IMG/VR virus record: IMGVR_UViG_3300037991_002725
Span: 1 to 35,954 of that record
Reading direction: 5' to 3' (one strand)
Source of the DNA: a virus
Lineage: Duplodnaviria > Caudoviricetes
Length of the DNA: 35,954 nt
The notes under the pieces were generated by a model. That model was not told the DNA's origin. It ran no database searches and worked only from the letters and a program-made list of their open reading frames with translations. Shown here piece by piece: positions 1 to 8,269 of this stretch (position 1 is the first letter of the stretch; the number at the start of each line of letters is the position of its first letter). The position numbers were made by a program, and so were the translations under genes.

Positions 1-150
1 TTGCACTCTTAACACAAAGGCATCTACTGCGTGTTTGAATACTTCCTCATCACTTAGAGAAAACCCTGCTAAACCTACTTCGTTTAGTATCTCATTCCTT
101 TCTTGTTCCCTTTTCAGAATCTCATTAAAGGTAGAAATTAGGTTCGTCAT
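1..150 (-). CDS. Hypothetical protein, 5' part only (runs off window)
   Basis: ATG at 150, just after the adaptor stop, open to base 1: MTNLISTFNEILKREQERNEILNEVGLAGFSLSDEEVFKHAVDAFVLRVQ. Not in the ORF track. Confidence 0.7.
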   Translation of the reverse strand, partial: MTNLISTFNEILKREQERNEILNEVGLAGFSLSDEEVFKHAVDAFVLRVQ

Positions 151-154
151 AGTA

Positions 155-1228
155 TCACGTTATGAAATGGATTATGTTTTTCTTGCCGTCAATTATCTTG
201 TTTGCTTCCTCAAGAAGAATATCATGCTTAGTTTTCAAATCTATGTTTGATTCTGTTTCGGCAATCATGATTGAGTTATCGTCATGTCGTATTACTTCCG
301 CCGCCACAAACTTAGTCGCTGCTTCATGTATTGGTGCAGGGACTCTACCATCACCTGCGACATATGCAACTCTGATTGAATGGTTAGTAACGTGAGGGTA
401 TTCTTGATAGAAGAATATCTTACCTTCTTTCTTCATTTGCCAAAAGTCCCTCGTTCTTCCTGAGTCTTGATTACCAGTAAATGATTCGATAGTTCCAAAT
501 GTGGATGTTATATTGCAGTTAGAACCATCGTTACCCAATAGCAGTGAAGATATTACAACAGTATCTCCGTTCTCAGAATCAACCGTTGCGTAAAAGAAAT
601 CAGATATGCTCACTGTATTAGTAGTGTCCTTCAAGGTTTTACGAGCAGTTTCTCCTGTGAACCTCGCAGTCTTAGCAGGGAATCTCTCATTGATTGCATC
701 AGAGAGTTGGCTTGCGGTTGTGCTTGAACCAAAGTTATCGTAGAAGTGAGTTCCCTCTACGAGATTAAAAGTGTAAGTTCCGGCAGTGAGAGATATTGTC
801 CATGCACTATTGGTAACAGAAGCAGGGAGAGTTAGTCTAGCAGTTGCAGATGCTAAGTCAACATACCTATCACCTTGCCAAACTTCTAATCGAACCAACT
901 TCTGAATCTTAGGTTGTGATAGTTGAATAAAACCTACATAATCACGATAAGGCTGAACAGGGTATGAACCCTTATTCCATCCATCAAAAGAATAAAACTC
1001 CTCATGATGTATTATTGGTCTGAATGATTGTTTTATGCTATCGTCAATCTTCTCTTCTACTCTCTTGATTATTTTACCTACTTCTGCTCTTGTAGGTGTA
1101 GTAGTATCACTGAAAGCACTTATTTGTAAAAGATTAGATACATCTGTATGTGTGGTGTAGTGTCCATTTCCTATTGCGTAGTTTACATTAATATCTGTAA
1201 AATCACTTGGGGAACGAACCTTACTCAT
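155..1228 (-). CDS. Probable head-tail adaptor (gp6/gp15-like) with beta-rich insertion
   Basis: N-terminal helix (IIKRVEEKIDDSI..SFRP) and C-terminal IRVAYVAG..VPAPIHEAATKFVAAEV pattern typical of connectors; downstream of MCP. Start set at MSKVRSP. Confidence 0.65.
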   Translation of the reverse strand: MSKVRSPSDFTDINVNYAIGNGHYTTHTDVSNLLQISAFSDTTTPTRAEVGKIIKRVEEKIDDSIKQSFRPIIHHEEFYSFDGWNKGSYPVQPYRDYVGFIQLSQPKIQKLVRLEVWQGDRYVDLASATARLTLPASVTNSAWTISLTAGTYTFNLVEGTHFYDNFGSSTTASQLSDAINERFPAKTARFTGETARKTLKDTTNTVSISDFFYATVDSENGDTVVISSLLLGNDGSNCNITSTFGTIESFTGNQDSGRTRDFWQMKKEGKIFFYQEYPHVTNHSIRVAYVAGDGRVPAPIHEAATKFVAAEVIRHDDNSIMIAETESNIDLKTKHDILLEEANKIIDGKKNIIHFIT

Positions 1229-1229
1229 T

Positions 1230-3317
1230 TCATACACTTCCTATCAATTCTTTCAAAGCCATATATTCGTTATAAACAAGTTGTAATTCATCGGAGTCAT
1301 CTTTATCCGCTTTACTGGCTCTTTCTTTCTTCTGTTTATCAGTGGCTCTAACTCTCGATTCACTGAATCTTCCACGCTTGAACTCTCTACTCGATATTCC
1401 GTCTAACTTAGTATCAATGACCATTTTCTTAGGAGCGTTTGACGTGTATTTGATTATTGGAACATATTTGTTTGTAGTCATTCTAAATTCAGCAGACTCT
1501 CCTGTTTTTTCATCTTTGTATGTCTGCCAATTACCTTTTCCTTTTAGAGCATCTAATACATCTTTCTGTAACTCTTCTAAGGTTAAGTCTACTCTTTTTC
1601 CTTCTTGTAAAAAGAACTGACCAACGTTAAGTCCTTCTGTTATCTTACTATTACCTAATTGTTTTCTTAATGTAGATAGTAGTTCCATGAATTTCTCATG
1701 GTTATCATATACTGGCTCATAATCAACTTTCTTTCCATCTCGTTCAACCTGTATTTTTCCTTCTCTTACAACCTCTTGTTCTGTAAATCCTCTTTCATCT
1801 AAAACACGGTTTCCTTCTGCATCTATGACAGGTTTTGTTTCTTGTTGTATTGGAGTATCAACATTATACTTGTCATCTTTTACGCTTGTAATCAAATCTT
1901 GAAGCCAACTTACCATTTCTTTTCTTTGTTTAGACATTAAATGTGAGAAAAATCTATCAAAAGGAACATCAGTTTTATACTCATTCCAACTACCTTCAAT
2001 AGCATCTATCTGATTATCAATCTTCATAAGATGTTCAGCAAGTTTTCTTGCGTCTTTGATGACTTTCTTATCTTGTTCACTACCTGCTCCTTTAGTTAAC
2101 CAAAGAATAAAGTCCTCTTCATCTTTCCATTCTTTTCTCTTTAGAGTTATAGTAGCAGTTCCTATGGATATCTTATTTTCTCTTGGAGTAATGAAAGAAA
2201 GGATGGTGTCTTTCAATACTGATTTTCTCTGTGAGCGAAGAATATCAAGTAATGACTTCTTATCAGGTATTTTTACATCTTGAATAGCATTCCAAACATC
2301 TTCCATGTTTTCATCTCTGCTATTAGAATTGAAAGATTTCTTCTCCCCAAATACAAACAATTCATATTTACCACCGTCTAAAATCACAAGAGATACTAGT
2401 TGGTCAACGGGTTGTCCATAGTTTTCTGCTTTGGTTAGCATTTTTTGTTCAATACCTTCCTCAGTTTCCATATCTGAACCAAAGTCTTCTAATGCCTGTT
2501 CCTCTGCTTCTCTATCTAATTTAGAATCTTCATCCTCTTCTTCCTTTTCATCTTCTGATGTTGCTTTGGATGCTCCACCTACATTAAACTGAAATGAACC
2601 TGTTCCTATTGTTCCATACCCTTCTTTCTTGAAAATCTCTTTGAAGTATCCTTCTGTATCAATAGTTATTATTCCACCTGAAATAGTAATGTGCTTCATT
2701 AATATTGATGGATAGAGTGCGGGTTCACTTCTATCAAAAGCCCCTAACAATCTACTGCTTCTTGCATCGTATTTTTTCTCTCTTCTTTTCTCAGCAGACT
2801 TCTTATCTTTTACACTATCATCAACATCAGTGTCATCTAATCCTTTACCGTATCTCTTACCTAGTAACTTACTAACTTTCAAATCATTCCTCAAATCTAA
2901 AAGTCTAATATTTTCTTTTGCCATCTCATTAAGGAAATTTTGAGAAAAAGCACGATTCTTACCTGATTTAGTAACGTAATTCATATTCTCAAGCATATCA
3001 ACTAATTCATCTAATTGTGCTTTCTCTATTTTACTAAAATACGAATCAAGATACTTTTCATATTCCGCTTCATCAAATTCTAAATCCGTTCCTCGATAGT
3101 CAGAATTGTCCAAAGAAACTAATTTTCTCGTTAATCTACGAACTCCTTTCATTGGAGTTGTGTTAGACACACCATTGAAGATAAAAGCAGTGAGAGTTCT
3201 GAATAACTCATCATCAGTAAACAAGTCATCAACGGTTTGTCTTTTCTTTTCAGGTTTAAGAATAAATCCTACTTTTAACCCGTCAACAACTTTACTTGTT
3301 ACTTTTATCTCTGCCAT
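1230..3317 (-). CDS. Large charged hypothetical protein (695 aa)
   Basis: Long ORF in the morphogenesis operon, K/E/D-rich, no recognisable catalytic motif. Confidence 0.85.
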   Translation of the reverse strand: MAEIKVTSKVVDGLKVGFILKPEKKRQTVDDLFTDDELFRTLTAFIFNGVSNTTPMKGVRRLTRKLVSLDNSDYRGTDLEFDEAEYEKYLDSYFSKIEKAQLDELVDMLENMNYVTKSGKNRAFSQNFLNEMAKENIRLLDLRNDLKVSKLLGKRYGKGLDDTDVDDSVKDKKSAEKRREKKYDARSSRLLGAFDRSEPALYPSILMKHITISGGIITIDTEGYFKEIFKKEGYGTIGTGSFQFNVGGASKATSEDEKEEEDEDSKLDREAEEQALEDFGSDMETEEGIEQKMLTKAENYGQPVDQLVSLVILDGGKYELFVFGEKKSFNSNSRDENMEDVWNAIQDVKIPDKKSLLDILRSQRKSVLKDTILSFITPRENKISIGTATITLKRKEWKDEEDFILWLTKGAGSEQDKKVIKDARKLAEHLMKIDNQIDAIEGSWNEYKTDVPFDRFFSHLMSKQRKEMVSWLQDLITSVKDDKYNVDTPIQQETKPVIDAEGNRVLDERGFTEQEVVREGKIQVERDGKKVDYEPVYDNHEKFMELLSTLRKQLGNSKITEGLNVGQFFLQEGKRVDLTLEELQKDVLDALKGKGNWQTYKDEKTGESAEFRMTTNKYVPIIKYTSNAPKKMVIDTKLDGISSREFKRGRFSESRVRATDKQKKERASKADKDDSDELQLVYNEYMALKELIGSV

Positions 3318-3332
3318 CCATCAGACCCCATC

Positions 3333-4031
3333 CTATGCTAACCACTTAGCCCATGCAACTGCTTTACCTAGTCCTGATGCTAAACCTAGTCCACTCTGCG
3401 GTGGGGTGTATGTTGGTTGGCCTGTTGCGGGGTCAATCCAATATGGATTGTTCATACTGTCATATCCCGAAGGAGGAACAGGATATCCTGATTGGTTATT
3501 GAAAGCCATTTGTTGTTGCATTAGAGTATTATTCATACCTACTGCCATATTTCCACCTTGTATCTGTGAAGGGTCTAGTCCCTGTGGATTCATACCCATT
3601 GGAGTTGTTGTGGGTTGTGGTTGAGAAGGAGAAGAGAATCCTTGTGCCTCAAGATATTGTTGTTTAGCCATTCTTCTCTGCATAACAACTTCACTGTTGA
3701 TAGCAGTAGCCAAAAGATTAGCCAAATCTAAATCAATGTTTTCTTGAGTTATTGATGTAAACTCATTGAGTGCTTCGGGAGCGATTGTTAGATTACCGCT
3801 TGAACTCTGATTGAACTCTAACTTAGTTAACATCTGACTTACAGAGCGTGTTACTACATCTTCAATTAACTTCTCCAAAGCACCCAAAAATGCTTCTCCA
3901 TGATACTGAAAGAAATCCTCTACATGATTCTCTTGTAGTGTTAGTAAGTTGTTCATTGCTTTGAAATTACTTTGTTGTTGACCCTGTATTTGGGTTGACA
4001 ACGAACTGTTGCTTGTTCCGAATAGTCCCAT
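3333..4031 (-). CDS. Gln/Pro-rich protein with helical core and C-terminal amphipathic helix
   Basis: Starts MGLFGTS, helical middle, Q/P/M-rich low-complexity tail, ends GLGLASGLGKAVAWAKWLA. TAATG overlap with the upstream gene. Confidence 0.85.
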   Translation of the reverse strand: MGLFGTSNSSLSTQIQGQQQSNFKAMNNLLTLQENHVEDFFQYHGEAFLGALEKLIEDVVTRSVSQMLTKLEFNQSSSGNLTIAPEALNEFTSITQENIDLDLANLLATAINSEVVMQRRMAKQQYLEAQGFSSPSQPQPTTTPMGMNPQGLDPSQIQGGNMAVGMNNTLMQQQMAFNNQSGYPVPPSGYDSMNNPYWIDPATGQPTYTPPQSGLGLASGLGKAVAWAKWLA

Positions 4032-4705
4032 TATTCTACATCCTCCTCGTCTTGTGCTGATGATACCCTAGTGCCTTCGGCTAATAGTGTTTTCATCCTA
4101 CTATTGATTCCATTGGTTTCTATGATTAATCTGAACAACTCTTCTTCTTTAGTTTCTACTAAAGCAACAGGGGGTTTGATAGTCCAACCCAATGATGTTA
4201 GAGAAGTAATGTCTTCTTGTTTTAGACCAGTCATAGGGCCACTTGCTAAAGGATTCAAACTTCTTGCAGATGGGATGTAAGCACTAAAAGAAAGACCATG
4301 TTCTTCTGCAAGCATTTGTTGTTCTAACATCTCATATTGTCTGTGTATCTGAGCGTGTTTCTCACAGTATGTTCCTCTCATTGGATATCCTTTACGCACT
4401 TTATGTAAAGGAAGAGGTGGCCTCATTGAATCCCCTGCTTCCCAATTCTTTTGTGTTCCACATACTACACATCTATCTTTTATGTTGTATTTGAAACCGT
4501 ATCTTATTCCTAACAGTTTTTTCTTTTCAGGCATAAGCACTTTGATAATTTCTTTCAATTGTTTTTTCGGCTTGACGCTTTTATACTCATAAAGCATGAC
4601 TGAACCTGCTGCTCTTGCAGCAGAAAGTCTGTCAAGAAATGGGTTCATTCCTGTATTTGCTGACTGTGCGCCAATTAAACTGGGTGGCTGAAATTGCATA
4701 GACAT
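4031..4705 (-). CDS. Zinc-finger protein, ArfGAP-like motif
   Basis: CVVCG..W..(x31 spacer)..CEKHAQIHR versus ArfGAP C-x2-C-x16-C-x2-C-x4-R (CxxCSGIHR). Directly downstream of the GTPase. The CDS is solid; the GAP call is tentative. Confidence 0.55.
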   Translation of the reverse strand: MSMQFQPPSLIGAQSANTGMNPFLDRLSAARAAGSVMLYEYKSVKPKKQLKEIIKVLMPEKKKLLGIRYGFKYNIKDRCVVCGTQKNWEAGDSMRPPLPLHKVRKGYPMRGTYCEKHAQIHRQYEMLEQQMLAEEHGLSFSAYIPSARSLNPLASGPMTGLKQEDITSLTSLGWTIKPPVALVETKEEELFRLIIETNGINSRMKTLLAEGTRVSSAQDEEDVE

Positions 4706-4717
4706 ATCATCTCTCCC

Positions 4718-5389
4718 TCAGTAGTCCTTTATGATTGTTAGGATTCCTCTATATACCATTTCTGAATCAGATTTAGCACTTACAATGTATTTGTGACAGG
4801 GTATTCCTTTATCATTTAACTTCTGCATACCGGGTTTGAATGACTCAAATATAGGGTGCTTATCCATATCTCCATTGTAGTCATATTTGTCTTTCCATAA
4901 GTCATATTTGTTAGCCCAAATAGATACTGCTATTGGATAATCATGGGGCTTCTTTTTCTTTTTTTTACCGTTCAAGTTCCAATGAGATGAACAAATAGTA
5001 TCAACTAAAAATGTCCAACATAGTTGTTGTTCTATATCGTAGTGCTTATCCATATGTCTATCATCTATCATGAAAATAATATATTTCACATGACGACCAC
5101 GCATATCTTCTAGCCATTCATTCCAGTAAACAGTTTCTCCACCAACATCAGCAGTTTTTACAGTATGAGCATCACCGTCAAGTTTCACATATTTTCTTGT
5201 GGCTCGATGTAAACCAACTGTTCTATCTGTAATAGAAGGGACTTCTCCTCTTGTTCTCAACTGATGGTGTAATGTTGTTTTACCTACCTTGCTTGCACCA
5301 TACACACCAAACGGTATAGAGTGAAGACGTTGATACATCTTGTTCATAGCCTCAACTATGAGTATTGCAAAGCCCGTCATCACGGACAT
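4718..5389 (-). CDS. Small Ras-superfamily GTPase, Arf/Sar-like
   Basis: G1 GASKVGKT, G2 RTVG, G3 DVGG, G4 NKYD, G5 SAK; hydrophobic/amphipathic N-terminal extension; polybasic insert GKKKKKK. Confidence 0.92.
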   Translation of the reverse strand: MSVMTGFAILIVEAMNKMYQRLHSIPFGVYGASKVGKTTLHHQLRTRGEVPSITDRTVGLHRATRKYVKLDGDAHTVKTADVGGETVYWNEWLEDMRGRHVKYIIFMIDDRHMDKHYDIEQQLCWTFLVDTICSSHWNLNGKKKKKKPHDYPIAVSIWANKYDLWKDKYDYNGDMDKHPIFESFKPGMQKLNDKGIPCHKYIVSAKSDSEMVYRGILTIIKDY

Positions 5390-5395
5390 TAGGCT

Positions 5396-5623
5396 CTACC
5401 CCCATAGATGATTCCAAAAAGAGACAAACCCATCCCAAAAGATAGAGTATAGATTAACACCGAACAACGGCAAAGCATGACCTATTAGAAAAGTTCCTAC
5501 TGAAACTGCTGCACCCCAAATGTAGAACCTTGCTCTTAGAAACCAAATATCAGCAGAATGCGCTCTTTGTAGGTCATATGCTAATGTGGATTCATCGAAT
5601 CCCATTAGGATTTCTCCGACCAT
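5396..5623 (-). CDS. Small membrane protein (75 aa)
   Basis: Hydrophobic FYIWGAAVSVGTFLIGHALPLFGV followed by an aromatic amphipathic tail; SD GAGGG upstream. Confidence 0.8.
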   Translation of the reverse strand: MVGEILMGFDESTLAYDLQRAHSADIWFLRARFYIWGAAVSVGTFLIGHALPLFGVNLYSIFWDGFVSFWNHLWG

Positions 5624-5632
5624 ATTCTACCC

Positions 5633-6046
5633 TCACTCTTGAAATTGTGTTAAGAAAGTAGGGCTTAGAGTGTTGTCGCTTACTGGTTGAACTACAACAT
5701 TTTGTTGCATTTGTTGTTGATTCTGATAGTATGCCTGTTGGAACTGAACTAAGGATTCTCTTACCCTCTTTCTGTTTTCTTCGTCATTTGCCTTTCTATT
5801 CCAATAAGCATCTATTCTTCGTTTTAGTAAGAACTCTTCAATGAAATCGTTGGCAATCAAATCTAATATTACTTTCAATATCATTATCCCACCAACAGTG
5901 CTAACTCCAAATAACACTGCATGGGCTACTCCGCTATATGGGAAGGAAGTTCCCACTAAGGCGTATACGTAAATGTTCAATCCACTTACTGCTCCAACAA
6001 AGAGCATGGTCATTATTAGTCTTGTATCTGTATCTATAACTGGCAA
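5633..6046 (-). CDS. Two-TM membrane protein with coiled-coil/Gln-rich tail
   Basis: Two hydrophobic segments (LIMTMLFVGAVSGLNIYVYALV; VAHAVLFGVSTVGGIMILKVIL). Probable TTG start at 6046 behind GGAG, just after the upstream stop. Confidence 0.8.
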   Translation of the reverse strand: MPVIDTDTRLIMTMLFVGAVSGLNIYVYALVGTSFPYSGVAHAVLFGVSTVGGIMILKVILDLIANDFIEEFLLKRRIDAYWNRKANDEENRKRVRESLVQFQQAYYQNQQQMQQNVVVQPVSDNTLSPTFLTQFQE

Positions 6047-6050
6047 GCAA

Positions 6051-6335
6051 TCAACTCCATGTGCAAGAGTATGCTCCCCCTGAACCACTCAATATAGCCG
6101 TAATACCTGTTCCCATTGCTCTCCCATGCATATCGAACTCAGTTGTTGTATTAGCGGTTAGAATTAGACGTGCGACCTCATCAGCAGAACCAACACTTGT
6201 GCTATCGTGGTCGTATATTTTTAGAGTTGCAGTTCCAGTAGAAGTAAAATGAACACTGTTCAACTTACAGTTACCTACATTCAATACTGCACTAGCGGTT
6301 CTGACTGGACTACCCGCTACTCCACCTACCATCAT
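6051..6335 (-). CDS. Small beta-rich virion-type protein
   Basis: 94 aa, G/T/S-rich with alternating beta pattern; second gene after MCP; ATGA overlap. Confidence 0.7.
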   Translation of the reverse strand: MMVGGVAGSPVRTASAVLNVGNCKLNSVHFTSTGTATLKIYDHDSTSVGSADEVARLILTANTTTEFDMHGRAMGTGITAILSGSGGAYSCTWS

Positions 6336-6766
6336 TCCACTTCCTTCTTAGTGGTTGTTTTCTTAGCAGGTTCTTTTTTGGTTGTTGTTTTCTTAGGAGC
6401 AGGTGTTTTCTTTTCCGGTGTAACAGTCTCAACAACTGTTTCAGTGACAGTCTCAACAACCTCCTCAACTTTCTTCTTAACAGTGGTCTTTGCTTTCTTA
6501 GGATATAGAACGTTCAAAACATCTGCACCCTCATCTAAGCCCAAATGTTCTCTAATCGAAACCAATCTATTTTCAGGCATACTCTTGATATCTTTCTTAT
6601 CGCTATCAATAAACTCTACAATCATTTGCTCGTCACCTAAGTAAAGTGCAGCAATTCTTGCAGGTATCTCAACGGGTATTTCGTTGATAGAATATACCGT
6701 TTCACCTGCACCTTGTATTACTATGTCGCCTCTTGTTCTGTGTTCTTTCAATCTAATATAAGCCAT
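6332..6766 (-). CDS. Hypothetical protein with K/T/P-rich tail
   Basis: First gene after MCP, SD GAGG, C-terminal repeats PKKTTTKKEPAKKTTTKKE. Confidence 0.85.
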   Translation of the reverse strand: MAYIRLKEHRTRGDIVIQGAGETVYSINEIPVEIPARIAALYLGDEQMIVEFIDSDKKDIKSMPENRLVSIREHLGLDEGADVLNVLYPKKAKTTVKKKVEEVVETVTETVVETVTPEKKTPAPKKTTTKKEPAKKTTTKKEVE

Positions 6767-6792
6767 ATTATTACCTCTGTTTTGTTTTCGGC

Positions 6793-6830
6793 AGTAACCC
6801 CTGCCCCATACTGTCGGGGCAGAGGCTACT
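6793..6830 (-). terminator. GC-rich stem-loop downstream of MCP (terminator or RNA stabilising/processing hairpin)
   Basis: Imperfect inverted repeat AGTAACCCCTGCCCC / GGGGCAGAGGCTACT about 40 nt after the MCP stop; no U-tract follows on the coding strand. Confidence 0.6.
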
Positions 6831-6872
6831 ACTTTACGTTTTTCAGATTTACTTACTTATTCAGTGTTAAAA

Positions 6873-8267
6873 TCAAGCACTCTTTATGTTGGTAATCTTA
6901 CCTTGTCCCTTGAAGAAGGAACAGCAAGTTTCACCCATAGTGCGATACATACCCTGATTTCCGAGTTTGCCAACACCGAATGGGTTTCCGCTAGTGATAC
7001 CATCCTCAAAGTATTGGGTTGGTTTCATAACAGATAGCCATAGGTGGTCAGTATCAAGAATCAGTATATCACTGAGCCTGTTGCTTGTTGACTTACCAGT
7101 AGAAGGCATATCCTTTGCAGGGATGATTGGGATGTCATAGTATGTTGCAACTCTGAATCCAACCTCTTGACCCTTTACACCACGAACTCCGTTGTGCGTT
7201 GGAACAACCTCTTTCCTGTCCATAAATCGCTCTTGGCTTTGTAGCAAGTCAGCAATCTTTTGGATGGTATCGTATCCGGTAATGATAACTTTCGGGTTTC
7301 CACCATTCTGCCTGATTCTGCGAATCATGTCATTTAGTAGACTTAGAGTTAATACACGGCAACCGCCTGATGTATAGTTTGCTCCGAAGTCAACCTCTGC
7401 ATCAAGGAAAGATGCAACACCAGTGTATGTGTAGTTTCCACTACCACCGGATGTGTTGACAGTTACAGTTCTCTCAGTTCCAAAGATACTGGTTGCGTCA
7501 GCAAGTTGTGCTGCCGTACCGTTGTTTGTTTGGTTGTGGTAGAATACGTCATCGTCAGCCATTTGAGCGATTTCTGCGGCAGATGAAACAATCTTTAGTA
7601 GAGAAGTGTAGTTCTTCTCAATACCAGTTGTGTTGTTCTCTGAGTATTTCTCAAGAGGCATAACTAGCATCTTACTCTGAACTTCTGCGTGTAGTTTACC
7701 CATGTCCTCACGAACAATTGCTCTGATGTCACCGACACCATCATCAATTGCAGCAAGTTCCATACCGAGTTCTGAGAACTCAAACAGGTGTGCAATAGTC
7801 TTAGGGCTAACATACAGTTTTGTGTATTCAGGTGCAAGAGCATGGAAATCACTTCCAATAACTGCGTTTTCAGGGACACCACCAATGGTATCTGCTCTAG
7901 GTGTTGCTGCATCAGTTGAGTTAATGTTTGCAGTTACAGCATTAGCACCAGTAGCGAACTGTGAACCACTACCACCAATAGGTCGGCTCTTTAGAACTCT
8001 CCAACCGGAAGATGTGTATGGCCTCTTAGCCAACATAGCAAGAGGGTTAACTTCCTGATTTAGCATAGACCAAACTTTCTGTCCATAAAGAACATTGTAA
8101 AGGTCGCCAAGACCAGCAGCAGCAGAAAATGGGTTACTGGCTGCATCGTGAGGAGTTCCGAATCCTCCAACAACTCCACCCGCTTTGAGTAGAGCATTAC
8201 CAGTGTTTCCACCGTATCCGTATGTTGCTGCTTCTAAGTCTTTCATTGTCTTAATGTATCCTGACAT
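6873..8267 (-). CDS. Major capsid protein (HK97 fold)
   Basis: 464 aa directly downstream of the protease, SD GAGGTGA. Halovirus/Magrovirus-type motifs YGQKVWSMLNQE, P-domain GGNPKVIITG, YYDIPII and C-terminal QGKITNI. Confidence 0.9.
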   Translation of the reverse strand: MSGYIKTMKDLEAATYGYGGNTGNALLKAGGVVGGFGTPHDAASNPFSAAAGLGDLYNVLYGQKVWSMLNQEVNPLAMLAKRPYTSSGWRVLKSRPIGGSGSQFATGANAVTANINSTDAATPRADTIGGVPENAVIGSDFHALAPEYTKLYVSPKTIAHLFEFSELGMELAAIDDGVGDIRAIVREDMGKLHAEVQSKMLVMPLEKYSENNTTGIEKNYTSLLKIVSSAAEIAQMADDDVFYHNQTNNGTAAQLADATSIFGTERTVTVNTSGGSGNYTYTGVASFLDAEVDFGANYTSGGCRVLTLSLLNDMIRRIRQNGGNPKVIITGYDTIQKIADLLQSQERFMDRKEVVPTHNGVRGVKGQEVGFRVATYYDIPIIPAKDMPSTGKSTSNRLSDILILDTDHLWLSVMKPTQYFEDGITSGNPFGVGKLGNQGMYRTMGETCCSFFKGQGKITNIKSA

Positions 8268-8269
8268 AT

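Noticed and set aside
5396-6046. Membrane proteins as a classical holin/antiholin pair
   Set aside because: No endolysin or spanin nearby and they are coupled to the GTPase. A holin-like role is not excluded but cannot be supported.
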